A stretch of 64,000 bases of DNA, taken from assembly GCA_963726995.1 (NCBI GenBank), contig CAVSEP010000004.1, positions 333,381 to 397,380 on the forward strand, written 5' to 3'. The notes below the pieces were generated by a model, which saw nothing but the letters and a program-made list of their open reading frames with translations, did not search any database and was not told the origin of the DNA. The translations under genes were made by a program, and so were the position numbers. Origin of the DNA: an uncultured Pseudomonadota bacterium. Lineage in GTDB: Bacteria; Pseudomonadota; Gammaproteobacteria; Steroidobacterales; Steroidobacteraceae. Positions 26,985 through 35,583 of this stretch are shown here, piece by piece (the first letter of the stretch is position 1; each line of letters opens with the position of its first letter).

Positions 26985-28153
26985 TGCTCGCACTGCTCGT
27001 GGAAAGTGCCCTGCGGTCTATGTCGCTGTTTGTCATCGTCTGGCTGCTGCTCAAGGCGGTTCGGTTGAGCGATCTGCGCGTCGAGAAACGTATCTGGACC
27101 GGGGTGGTTCTGGTCTCACTAGTCATGCCGCTGTTGATTCAAACCCTTGCTTTACCGATTCCCGCGCCGCCGTTGCCCCTGCGGGGCGTGGGCAGGCTTG
27201 AGATCTTGATTGCGGCGCAATCCGGCCCGCACGTGCTCGTGCAGCTCGCGCGGGATTCCTACCTGCTGGTCGCCACCGTCCTGCTCGCGCGCCTGGCGAT
27301 GGGCATGTGGGCGGCGGCCCGCCTGCGGCACATGGCGCGGCGCCTATCCGTGAATTTGGCTGGGCCTGTCGATGTGCGCAGTAGCTCGAACCTTCGGGCG
27401 CCATCGTCTTTCGGATCCACCATCCTGTTGCCGGTCGGATGGGAATCGTGGGATGCGCGCAAATTGGCCGCGGTGCTTGCGCACGAGCGCGCTCACATCC
27501 GTGAGCATGATTGCTGGCGAATCTGGCTGGCGTCGTTCTATGGTGCGCTCTTTTGGTTCAATCCTTGCGCGTTCTGGCTGCGCCGTCGTCTGATCCTGCT
27601 AGCTGAATTGACCAGCGACGAAACGGCTATTGCCGAGGTGGGCAATCGCCTTGGGTACGCAGAAATGCTGATCAACTTGGCGGCTGACGCTCAAATGACC
27701 ACGGTGACGATGGGTATGGCGTCCCCCTCAACTCTGACACCCCGCCTCAAACGACTATTGGAGAGTGACATGTCGCCGACGAACTTGCGTCCTTCCCGAA
27801 AAGTGCTGCTGATGAGCGCAGTGATTCTCACCGCGGCGAGCGCAGCCTGCGCCGCGACTGCGCCATTGGTGCTGACCGAGGCGCAGGACCCGGCCGTGAA
27901 TTGGGTCGCCGGCGAACCGCTGAGCAACTTCTATCCGAAGGCGCTGCAGAAGCAGGGTGTACAGGGCCAAGTCGTCTGCCGCGTTACCATCGACGCGACC
28001 GGGCGGGTGACAAAAGTCGTTGCGGTGAAGGCGGATCAGTCCCATCCCGAACTGACGGTCGCCGCCGTGAACGCAGTGAAAACCTTTCGTTTCAACAACA
28101 CCCTTGTACGGCCCGTCATCAAGACCATGGCCGTGAAGTTCGTTCTGACCTGA
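26984..28153 (+). CDS. M56 (BlaR1-type) membrane metalloprotease domain fused to a TonB C-terminal-like domain
   Basis: Four N-terminal TMs, the HExxH site (AHERAHIREHD), a further TM and a C-terminal TonB_C-like segment (YPKALQKQGVQGQVVCRVTIDATGRVTKV...AVNAVKTFRFNN). Confidence 0.8.
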   Translation: MLALLVESALRSMSLFVIVWLLLKAVRLSDLRVEKRIWTGVVLVSLVMPLLIQTLALPIPAPPLPLRGVGRLEILIAAQSGPHVLVQLARDSYLLVATVLLARLAMGMWAAARLRHMARRLSVNLAGPVDVRSSSNLRAPSSFGSTILLPVGWESWDARKLAAVLAHERAHIREHDCWRIWLASFYGALFWFNPCAFWLRRRLILLAELTSDETAIAEVGNRLGYAEMLINLAADAQMTTVTMGMASPSTLTPRLKRLLESDMSPTNLRPSRKVLLMSAVILTAASAACAATAPLVLTEAQDPAVNWVAGEPLSNFYPKALQKQGVQGQVVCRVTIDATGRVTKVVAVKADQSHPELTVAAVNAVKTFRFNNTLVRPVIKTMAVKFVLT

Positions 28154-28184
28154 GCTTCCAACTTCGCAACGTGCAGGGCCGGGT

Positions 28185-28206
28185 CCGGCTCAACCCTTGG
28201 AGCCGG
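28185..28206 (+). terminator. GC-rich hairpin (CCGGCTC-N8-GAGCCGG) after the M56 gene
   Basis: A 7-bp perfect stem about 30 nt after the stop codon. No U-tract follows it, so terminator function is uncertain. Confidence 0.25.
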
Positions 28207-28485
28207 GTGATGGGGCGGGCAACGGGGCCTCCTGCTGCGATCTTGGCGCGGTCCGTCTTGCCAGATCCGGCACGTGCGCGCCTTTGAGGAACCGCTCCGT
28301 TCCTCCCGAAAGCGGCGCGCGGGGTCGTAGTCCGTCTCGCCTTGAACCTTCGATGCAGGATTCATCTGCGCAGGTCGTGTAGGACTGGACCTGCCGCAGA
28401 TTCGGCATCGCCACATATCTTTGCTGCAAAGCTCCGTGACCTAATCGCGAGCGAGCTTCACAGGAGTCCTGCCGCAACGCGAACC

Positions 28486-29658
28486 ATGGACAGCGAAGAG
28501 CCCATCATTTCACGCAAGGGAGCATCCGCGTCGCAGGTGCAGGGAGTGACGGCACTGCGGCTGCTGGTACTCGGCGGCCTGGGCCTGCTGTTGTACGTGG
28601 CCCATGTCGCATTCATCCCCATCGCACTGGCGCTGCTGTTCGCGTTGGTGTTGTCGAGTCCCGTTGAAGGCCTGTGCCGGCGCGGCGTACCCCGCGGACT
28701 GGGCGCCCTGGTGCTGCTCGCGGTGGCGCTGACCATCCTGAGCGTGGCGATTTCCCTGCTGTGGAAGCCGGTCCAGTACTGGTACGGCGAAGCGCCGCGG
28801 ACCATCAGGACCATCGAACGCCGGTTCGCGCCGGCCGTGAAGATCGTGGCGCGCATGGATGCGGTCGGAAACTCCGCGGTGGCGCTGGGCACCAGCCCGC
28901 CGCCCCGCTCCGGCCCAGGCACTGGCGGGCAGCCAATGCCGGCTGCCCCCGCGCCGAGCGCCGCATCCACGATTCTGGGCTCTTCCCTGGAGGCGGCAGT
29001 GAGCAGCCTCACGTTCATCATCCTGACGCTCTTCCTGCTGACCGGCGGCCCCCCCATGATGGCGCGCATGACGGCGGCTTTCGTGGACGATCTGAACGCA
29101 TCCCACGTTCTGACGATCATCGAAGCCGTGCGCGCCGAAGTGGGGCGCTTCTACGTCGTCACGGCGATCATCAACGCGGGATTGGGCATTGTGACGACGG
29201 TCGTGATGATGCTCTGGGGAATGCCCACGCCCTATGTCTGGGGAATCATCGCTGCCTTGCTGAATTTCATTCCCTACGCAGGGGCCACCACGACGCTCGT
29301 GATCGTGACCTTCGTCGCCTCGATGACTTTCACTGACGTGCCGCGGATTCTCGGAGTCGCGGGCAGCTACCTGGCCATCGCGGCCATCGAGGGACAGGTC
29401 ATTCAACCGCTGTTTGTCGGCCGGCGCCTGGAGATCAATCCGCTGCTGCTGTTTCTGGGACTGTGGCTCGGCGGGCTCTTCTGGGGTGTCGCCGGGGTCC
29501 TGCTGGCCACTCCCGTGCTGGTCGCCCTGAAGGTGATTGCCAAGCATTCCCGCGATGGCCGTGCGGTACTGGACTTTCTGGGCCCGAATGATCAGCCAGG
29601 CCAGGCGGCCGAACCGCGTTTTCGGGGGTGGACGGCCGGGCAGGTTTCGGATCGATGA
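28486..29658 (+). CDS. AI-2E family transporter (PerM/UPF0118)
   Basis: Eight or so TMs with the typical C-terminal region (LLNFIPYAGATTT...IEGQVIQPLFVGRRLEINPLLLFLGLWLGG..WG..G). The start is set at MDSEEP. Confidence 0.8.
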   Translation: MDSEEPIISRKGASASQVQGVTALRLLVLGGLGLLLYVAHVAFIPIALALLFALVLSSPVEGLCRRGVPRGLGALVLLAVALTILSVAISLLWKPVQYWYGEAPRTIRTIERRFAPAVKIVARMDAVGNSAVALGTSPPPRSGPGTGGQPMPAAPAPSAASTILGSSLEAAVSSLTFIILTLFLLTGGPPMMARMTAAFVDDLNASHVLTIIEAVRAEVGRFYVVTAIINAGLGIVTTVVMMLWGMPTPYVWGIIAALLNFIPYAGATTTLVIVTFVASMTFTDVPRILGVAGSYLAIAAIEGQVIQPLFVGRRLEINPLLLFLGLWLGGLFWGVAGVLLATPVLVALKVIAKHSRDGRAVLDFLGPNDQPGQAAEPRFRGWTAGQVSDR

Positions 29659-29721
29659 GGCAAGGGCTGCCGGCCGCCTGCGACCGGTACGTGTTCGTGA
29701 GTAGAAGTTAAGGGGAAGCAT

Positions 29722-29967
29722 GTGAATTTCATCTGGTTCATTCTGGTCGGACTCATCGCCGGATGGCTGGCGGGCATATTGATGAAGGGCGGCGGCTTCG
29801 GCGTTCTTGGCGATATCATCGTCGGCATCGTCGGAGCGCTGATCGGCGGCTTCCTGTTCGGCGCCCTGGGAGTTTCCACGGGCGGGGGTCTCCTGGGCGC
29901 CATCGTGGTGGCGACCATCGGGGCCGTGGTGCTGATCTTCCTGCTGCGACTGATCAAGCGAGCCTGA
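29722..29967 (+). CDS. GlsB/YeaQ/YmgE family stress-response membrane protein
   Basis: NFIWFILVGLIAGWLAGILMKGGGFG..GDIIVGIVGALIGGFLF is the family signature. GTG start preceded by AAGGGGA. Confidence 0.85.
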   Translation: MNFIWFILVGLIAGWLAGILMKGGGFGVLGDIIVGIVGALIGGFLFGALGVSTGGGLLGAIVVATIGAVVLIFLLRLIKRA

Positions 29968-30106
29968 TGCCGCCCGTCCGGGGCGCGAGCGACGGCGGAT
30001 GTAGGCTTCGTCCTACCCGATCTTGCCGAGACAGGCGGGCGGTCGGCGATACGCACAGGCCTCAGGATGCAGCCCTGCAGGCACCCATCACTCTCGAGGA
30101 CTTCCG

Positions 30107-30358
30107 ATGAACAGACTACTTTTGACGTTGGCAAGCTGCGCGATATGCAGCGTGGCCGTTGCCCAGGTCGGCACGACCGTGAAGGAAGGCGCCAAGGCCA
30201 CTTCCGAGAAGGCACAGCAACTGGGCGATCAGGCCAAGGCGTCCGTGGAGTCGCAGCCGGACAAGTCGATCGACAAGACCAAGGCGCAGATTCACAAGGC
30301 CAAGGCACATCATCATGCCAAGAAGGCGAAGGCGGCCGCCGAGGAAATTCCGAAGTAA
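30107..30358 (+). CDS. small secreted Lys/Ala-rich protein
   Basis: Signal peptide MNRLLLTLASCAICSVAVAQ, then a hydrophilic, helix-prone K/A/E/Q-rich 60 aa with an HHH stretch. Confidence 0.5.
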   Translation: MNRLLLTLASCAICSVAVAQVGTTVKEGAKATSEKAQQLGDQAKASVESQPDKSIDKTKAQIHKAKAHHHAKKAKAAAEEIPK

Positions 30359-30430
30359 CAGAAGCGGCCCGCCGGGCGCGCGGCTTCCCCTGCGCCCGCT
30401 GGAAGTGCCAGAATCCGCGCATGCGGCCCG

Positions 30431-31321
30431 ATGCCTGCCGGATCCGAATCTTCCGTGGCCAGCGACGCTGATAGGGTCGCGACCGAGACCGCCATCTGGC
30501 TGGCGCGGCTGGAGCGCGGGCTGCAGGCGCACGAAGGGGCCGAGCTTCGTGAATGGCTGCGGCAAAGTACCCATGGGGATGCCATTGTCGAAGCCGCGAA
30601 GCTCTGGCACGGCCCCGATATCGTCGCCGTGCTGGCCGAGCTGGTCCCGGTGGGCTTCGGCACGCCGCGTGCACCCAGGAAGAAGACCCTGCGTCCCATC
30701 CACCTGGCCATTGGCATCTGCCTGGGGTTGGTGATGCTGGCGGCGCCCATTGTCATGGTTCGCCAAATGACCCGGGGGCTGTATACCTCAAGAAACGGCC
30801 AGTCGCCGGTGAACTCCATGCCATGGGGCGAGACCATCTACACCACCAAGCCGGGTGAGGTACGAGCCGTCACCCTGGCTGACGGCAGCAAGATGACTTT
30901 GAATGGTCATACGCGGATTGCGGTGTGGCTGGGCACCGCCTTTCGACAGGCCACCCTGGACTTCGGCGAGGCGATATTCCAGATATCCCCGCAACGCCAG
31001 CGCCCCTTTGAGGTCACTGCCGCCGGGCGCAACTTCCAGGCGCCGCCTTCGATGTTCGACCTGCAGGTGAACGGGGCCCACTCGGTGGAACTCCTGGTGC
31101 TCGACGGCGGCGTGACGGTGCGCGGCCTGCCCTGGCATTGGCCCGCAACGCCCGCTGAGGCCAGGGTCTTTGATCCGGCCATATTCGTCGATACGGTGGT
31201 GGGTCCCCAGCAGGCGGCGCTCATCGAGGATCAGATCTTCAGCCGCCGTACGGTCACCGCCGCCAACATGCAGGCCCGGCTGAAGTGGCGACCCGAAGAC
31301 GTCATGTACGTCACCCAGTAG
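30431..31321 (+). CDS. FecR-family transmembrane sensor (anti-sigma-like), no adjacent ECF sigma gene
   Basis: N-terminal anti-sigma-type helix (ETAIWLARLERG...LREWL), one TM and a FecR domain (YTTKPGEVRAVTLADGSKMTLNGHTRI...GEAIFQI...PFEV). Confidence 0.7.
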   Translation: MPAGSESSVASDADRVATETAIWLARLERGLQAHEGAELREWLRQSTHGDAIVEAAKLWHGPDIVAVLAELVPVGFGTPRAPRKKTLRPIHLAIGICLGLVMLAAPIVMVRQMTRGLYTSRNGQSPVNSMPWGETIYTTKPGEVRAVTLADGSKMTLNGHTRIAVWLGTAFRQATLDFGEAIFQISPQRQRPFEVTAAGRNFQAPPSMFDLQVNGAHSVELLVLDGGVTVRGLPWHWPATPAEARVFDPAIFVDTVVGPQQAALIEDQIFSRRTVTAANMQARLKWRPEDVMYVTQ

Positions 31322-32966
31322 CGGCGGGAGCGCCGGTGGCAAAGTGGCGCAGCTCCTCGGCCACGAACGCCAGATCGGTGGCTTCCTGGATGGCCAGCCG
31401 CATCTGCAGCTCCAGCACATCCTGCGGAATGGCGCTCTGGTAGCCGCTGAGGCAGCGGGCGAGGGCGGCGGGGGGCGCCACAGATTCCGTGCGGGATACC
31501 CGGTAGGCCTTCACGACCAGCGCCTCGGCCGCCCCGGGCGTCAGCATGGCCGGCACCAGCGGCAGCATCTGCTGCAATTCGTCCGCTGAAATCCGCAGGT
31601 CGTAGCGCTTCGCCAGAGCCGCGATCAATCCGCTGCTTTGTTCGCGCGTGGCCGTCGGCAGGATGGGAACCTTCAGGTCGATGCGACCGGGTCGCTTGAG
31701 GTCCACCTCGATCAGATCGGGGCGCGAGGAACCCAGCACCCACACGACATTGCCGCGATTGGCGGTGTCGGCCATTTCCTGGGCAATCATGGAGTACAGC
31801 CGCCCCGAAAGTCCGCTGTCGGAGATCCCCGAGTCGCGCCGACCCAGCGTCTGGTCGGCTTCGTCGACGAACACGATGCAGCGGCCCAGGGCGTGAATCA
31901 GCCGGAAGATCTTCTCCAGGTTCGCCTCACTCGAGCCGATCCACTTGTCGCGGAAGTTCTTGAGCTTCAGGACCGGCACGCCGGCCTCGCCGGCGAGGCA
32001 TTCCACCAGGAAGGTCTTGCCGGTGCCCACCGGGCCGCACAGCAGGTAGCCCATGGGCAGCGCCTTGATGTCGTTGATGCGCCACAGCGCAATGTCCTGC
32101 CGCAGCCAGTTCTTCAGCGCCTCCTGGCCGAAGTAGTCGTCGAGGGTGCGCCGCGATTCGACGAATTCGACCAGTCCCGGCGCGTCGCGTTCCAGCATCT
32201 CCTTCTTCAAGGCGGCGAAATCATGCGATTGCAGTACCTCGCCGTTGTGGGCGCGTACCTTGGTGATCTGCTGCAGCGTGTTGACGGACAGCCCCGTGAT
32301 GGCCGCCGCGAGCGAGGCGAAATCGGTGCCGGCGGGAATGGTCTTGGGGTATTCCTGGTGCAGCACGCGCAGCGCCAGATCCAGATCCGCGGCCGATGGC
32401 AGCGGAATGCGCACCAGCTTGGACTGCGGAGCGAACGCCAGCAGCGGATCCAGATCCGTCAGGTTGTCGGCGATCAGGAAGCTGTAGAAGGGCAGCTGCG
32501 AGAAGGGACTGCTCAGGCCCCAGTCACGCACCAGGCACGTCAGACTGCCGTGCTGCAGTCCCTGGCCGTCGGCCGGCAGCAGCTGATCCGCGCCGCGCAC
32601 CACCACCGCGACGCTCGGAATCTCCACATGCTGGACGGCGCGCAGATTCGCCAGATAGCGTGCATAGCGGTTGATGAATCGCACGGCCTCCAGGGGTTCG
32701 AGCGGCAGGTTGCGCAACGACGAGGGAACCCACTGCGCCAGGTGCTCCTCGCCGCGCTCCACCGTCAGCCCGTTGCCCAGATCATAGGAGAGCACCACCT
32801 TCATGGCGGCCAGCAGCGTGTCCTGCAGGTACCGATCGATGCTCAGCAGCCGACCATCCACGGCGAGCCGATCGTGCACGTTGCCATACAGCACACATTG
32901 CCCGCTGGCGCCGCTGCGAAATGCGATCTGAAGTTCCGTGGCCCAGGCAGGCGTATTGGGGATCAT
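31311..32966 (-). CDS. AAA+ ATPase with a large N-terminal region lacking Walker motifs
   Basis: C-terminal classic AAA module: Walker A GPVGTGKT, Walker B IVFVDEAD, and LKRPGRIDLKV. The N-terminal 320 aa or so have no P-loop. The start is taken at MIPNTPAW (32966), because the track ORF extends upstream without support. Confidence 0.8.
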   Translation of the reverse strand: MIPNTPAWATELQIAFRSGASGQCVLYGNVHDRLAVDGRLLSIDRYLQDTLLAAMKVVLSYDLGNGLTVERGEEHLAQWVPSSLRNLPLEPLEAVRFINRYARYLANLRAVQHVEIPSVAVVVRGADQLLPADGQGLQHGSLTCLVRDWGLSSPFSQLPFYSFLIADNLTDLDPLLAFAPQSKLVRIPLPSAADLDLALRVLHQEYPKTIPAGTDFASLAAAITGLSVNTLQQITKVRAHNGEVLQSHDFAALKKEMLERDAPGLVEFVESRRTLDDYFGQEALKNWLRQDIALWRINDIKALPMGYLLCGPVGTGKTFLVECLAGEAGVPVLKLKNFRDKWIGSSEANLEKIFRLIHALGRCIVFVDEADQTLGRRDSGISDSGLSGRLYSMIAQEMADTANRGNVVWVLGSSRPDLIEVDLKRPGRIDLKVPILPTATREQSSGLIAALAKRYDLRISADELQQMLPLVPAMLTPGAAEALVVKAYRVSRTESVAPPAALARCLSGYQSAIPQDVLELQMRLAIQEATDLAFVAEELRHFATGAPAATG

Positions 32967-33032
32967 CCGCCGCTTATACCACGGGCAATCAGCCGATTTG
33001 TACCCGCGGTGCAGCGTGCTACCGTGGCTGAC

Positions 33033-33455
33033 ATGCACTCCGTGATTGATCCGGCGACCGTGCTTGCTTACCGCCAGACGGAGTATCGGGTTCTGGGCAG
33101 CCTGCCGGCGCTGCTGCAGGTGGGCGTTCACTGCGCGCAGCTGGCGCTGCTGCACCGGAAGTTTCGCACCGATTGCAGCGCGTTCGTCACGGCCTGCAAT
33201 CCATGGGGCGAGCGCGTCGCAGACGCGCTCAACGCCGGGCGGCAGGCTGCGCTGGCGGCGCAACTGTCCCGTCAGGGATGCGTGGCCATCGAGGGCATTG
33301 GGCAGCACCCCACCGGTGAGTGGCCGGCGGAGGCCAGCTACCTGGTGCCCGGCCTGCCACGCAACGCCGCGCAACAGCTGGGCAGGCAGTTCGAGCAGAA
33401 CGCCATCCTCTGGGCGGGCAGCGATGCGGTTCCGGAACTGATCCTGCTCAGATAG
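33033..33455 (+). CDS. DUF3293-like protein
   Basis: YRQTEYRV...SAFVTACNPWGERV...NAGRQAALAAQL...GEWPAEASYLVPGL...QNAILWAG matches my recollection of the DUF3293 pattern. It is the real 3' tail of a long antisense track ORF. Confidence 0.6.
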   Translation: MHSVIDPATVLAYRQTEYRVLGSLPALLQVGVHCAQLALLHRKFRTDCSAFVTACNPWGERVADALNAGRQAALAAQLSRQGCVAIEGIGQHPTGEWPAEASYLVPGLPRNAAQQLGRQFEQNAILWAGSDAVPELILLR

Positions 33456-33470
33456 TCCGCTGCAGCCGGA

Positions 33471-34274
33471 CTACTTGCCGGCCTTGTAGTTGCCCGCGAA
33501 TGCCGGGTCACACTCATACGGATAGACGTGCTGTCCCGGCTGCCTGCGCCAGGCGATGAAACGCACGCCACGATTCTCGATCATGGTCGGGTCTTCGTAT
33601 TCCTGGGTAGCCATCAGGACCTTGCCGTCCGGGCTCAGGCGGAATCGTTCCACGACCTTGATGTTCTCGGAATGATCCAGGCCATTGTTGGTGAGCGTTG
33701 CCGCTTCCAGGTGAGTGGTCTCGACCACCAGCGTCGAGCCCTCCCAGTGACCGCTGGAAAAACCCGTCATGGAGTGCGGGAAGTCGGATTCCGGTTTACG
33801 GCCATCGAGGAAGATGAGGCGCACCAGGTCGTAGTACTCGAGCTTCATGACGATGAACGCGTCGCTCTGGAAGATCTCGATGGGAAAGGGACCCTGCAAG
33901 GCATACACGATGGAGGGCGCACGGCAGGCGTTTTCCGGCTTCAGCTGGTCGCGGGGATTCCATTTCCTGATGGCCGCCTGCGCGGCTGGCGTGGGCAGCA
34001 GTCCGCCGTAGTTGCCGGCCGGAAACTCCACCGGTCCCGTATCGTCCATGAAGACGGTGTTGGCCGGCACGAGTGCCATCAGTGCGGAGTCACGCGGCGT
34101 CTTCAGGTCGAGATTCCAGAATCCGGACAGATCCGGATGCGCGTTCACCGGCGCCGGCGGCGGCGCGGAGGCACTGGCGGGGCCCGCGCCGGGCGCCGAG
34201 CAGCCCGCGATCACCAACAGGGACAGCGCCATCAGGCCGACGGCGATCCGGGAGAGAGTGCCCATGTTCATCAT
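33471..34274 (-). CDS. lipoprotein of unknown function
   Basis: Lipobox LLVIAGC after a hydrophobic signal. The mature protein of about 240 aa has balanced composition. ATGA-type overlap with the upstream gene. Confidence 0.65.
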   Translation of the reverse strand: MMNMGTLSRIAVGLMALSLLVIAGCSAPGAGPASASAPPPAPVNAHPDLSGFWNLDLKTPRDSALMALVPANTVFMDDTGPVEFPAGNYGGLLPTPAAQAAIRKWNPRDQLKPENACRAPSIVYALQGPFPIEIFQSDAFIVMKLEYYDLVRLIFLDGRKPESDFPHSMTGFSSGHWEGSTLVVETTHLEAATLTNNGLDHSENIKVVERFRLSPDGKVLMATQEYEDPTMIENRGVRFIAWRRQPGQHVYPYECDPAFAGNYKAGK

Positions 34275-34702
34275 CCCACCGGCTGACCCACGAGGCGGCC
34301 GTCCGCGAGCCGCGCGGACTTGAGGCGCATGTAGCGGGTGCCATCCCGGGCCGGCCAGCCTTCCAGGGTGACCTTGTCCCCGACATGAAGACTGTCCGGT
34401 GTCCAGCCGCGACGGCGCAGCACCGAGGGCGAATTGGTTTCCGCGCGCCAGGTGATCTGTGCGCCGCCTTTAGGCACCACCAGGGTGATCACCCCATGGG
34501 GATTGCGGAACTGGAAGTCCCGGACCACCCCGGTCACCTTCACCAGCTGCGCATCGGTGTTGAAAAACACCGCGAAGGAATGGTGAGCGGCGGCTGATTC
34601 CGCCAGACCCAGACTCAACCCCAGGACCACCGTCAGGACCACTTTCTTATTAATCCGCAACACCGCACCCCTAGATGCCGGCCACCTGCGCCGCGGGGCC
34701 AT
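34271..34702 (-). CDS. small secreted DUF6152-like protein (mature N-terminus HHSF...)
   Basis: Signal INKKVVLTVVLGLSLGLAESAAA, then HHSFAVFFNTD...VTGVVRDFQFRNPHGVI...WRAETNSPSVLRRRGW. The start may be the GTG/TTG at 34663/34660. The rest of track ORF 34271..35413 is antisense shadow. Confidence 0.6.
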   Translation of the reverse strand: MAPRRRWPASRGAVLRINKKVVLTVVLGLSLGLAESAAAHHSFAVFFNTDAQLVKVTGVVRDFQFRNPHGVITLVVPKGGAQITWRAETNSPSVLRRRGWTPDSLHVGDKVTLEGWPARDGTRYMRLKSARLADGRLVGQPVG

Positions 34703-34783
34703 TCTAGTGCAGGTTTGGCCGCGCAGGGTTACCGGATGCAAACTTGAGCCTGAGCGGGCGAACGGGACGGTGCAGGGAGTCAT

Positions 34784-35479
34784 TTGACGGCCGATGGGTT
34801 TTCGCAGTCTGATGCCCTCTGCAGTGCGTGCCAGTCCAGGCAGGAGGAGCCCGAAGTGCAGGTCAGGCCGCGATTCGATGCGCAGGTACCGCCCTATCAG
34901 CTGTCGCTGCACGTCCGCCACCCCAGCGTGGACCCGGCGGAGATTTCGCGCGAGTTGGCGCTGGAAGCCACCGAATCCTTTCGCGCCGGGGAGCCGCGCG
35001 AGTCGCGCAGTGGAATCGCGGCCACGGCCGTACATCCGGAAACCTACTGGGCCGCGGTGCTCGATCCCATGGTCTGGTCGGCGCCGGCCACCGTGGCGCG
35101 CCGATCGGGGATCACAGGGTCCGAAGCGCGCGTACCCCGCGCGTCCGAGACGACCCAGGAGTTTCTGGCCGCGTTGCTGCCGCTGGAGGCGAAGGTGCTG
35201 CGGGCGCGATTCGGACTGGAGGAAGGCGAGGCCAGCGCTCGCGGCAGTCTCGGCTGGGGCATCGTGCTGGTGTGTTATTGCCTGACGGTGCGTCATGGCC
35301 GCTTCCTGGCGCGGCTGCGGCAGCAGGGCGGCTCCCTGACCCTGCTCGCGGCGGTGCAGCCGGAGGCCCTGGTGGGTTTGCGCATCACGCCCGAAATAGG
35401 GCGCCAGCTGCATGATCTGGGCCTGACGGTCAAGATCGAACTGTCGAACCAGCGCGAATTCAATCCCGACCTGAACTGA
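34784..35479 (+). CDS. hypothetical protein, DUF4279-like ends
   Basis: Balanced composition, in contrast to two overlapping Arg/Gly-rich shadow frames. LSLHVRHPSVDPAEISRELALEAT...GEPRESRSG...ETYW and the terminal ITPEIGRQLHDLGLTVKIEL resemble DUF4279. Confidence 0.45.
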   Translation: MTADGFSQSDALCSACQSRQEEPEVQVRPRFDAQVPPYQLSLHVRHPSVDPAEISRELALEATESFRAGEPRESRSGIAATAVHPETYWAAVLDPMVWSAPATVARRSGITGSEARVPRASETTQEFLAALLPLEAKVLRARFGLEEGEASARGSLGWGIVLVCYCLTVRHGRFLARLRQQGGSLTLLAAVQPEALVGLRITPEIGRQLHDLGLTVKIELSNQREFNPDLN

Positions 35480-35583
35480 GCTTGCCGCACTGCGGTCACG
35501 CGCCGGGTCCTGCCCGGCGGCGTGCGCGAAATTATCTAGCCCACAGGTTATTCACAAGCCATCCACAGCCCGGAGGCGGTAAC

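Noticed and set aside
35209-35245. The sigma70 region-4-like peptide (EAKVLRARFGL) as evidence that 34784..35479 encodes a sigma factor.
   Set aside because: No region 2 or region 4.2 HTH motifs surround it. The flanks look DUF4279-like, so it is kept only as a curiosity in a finding.
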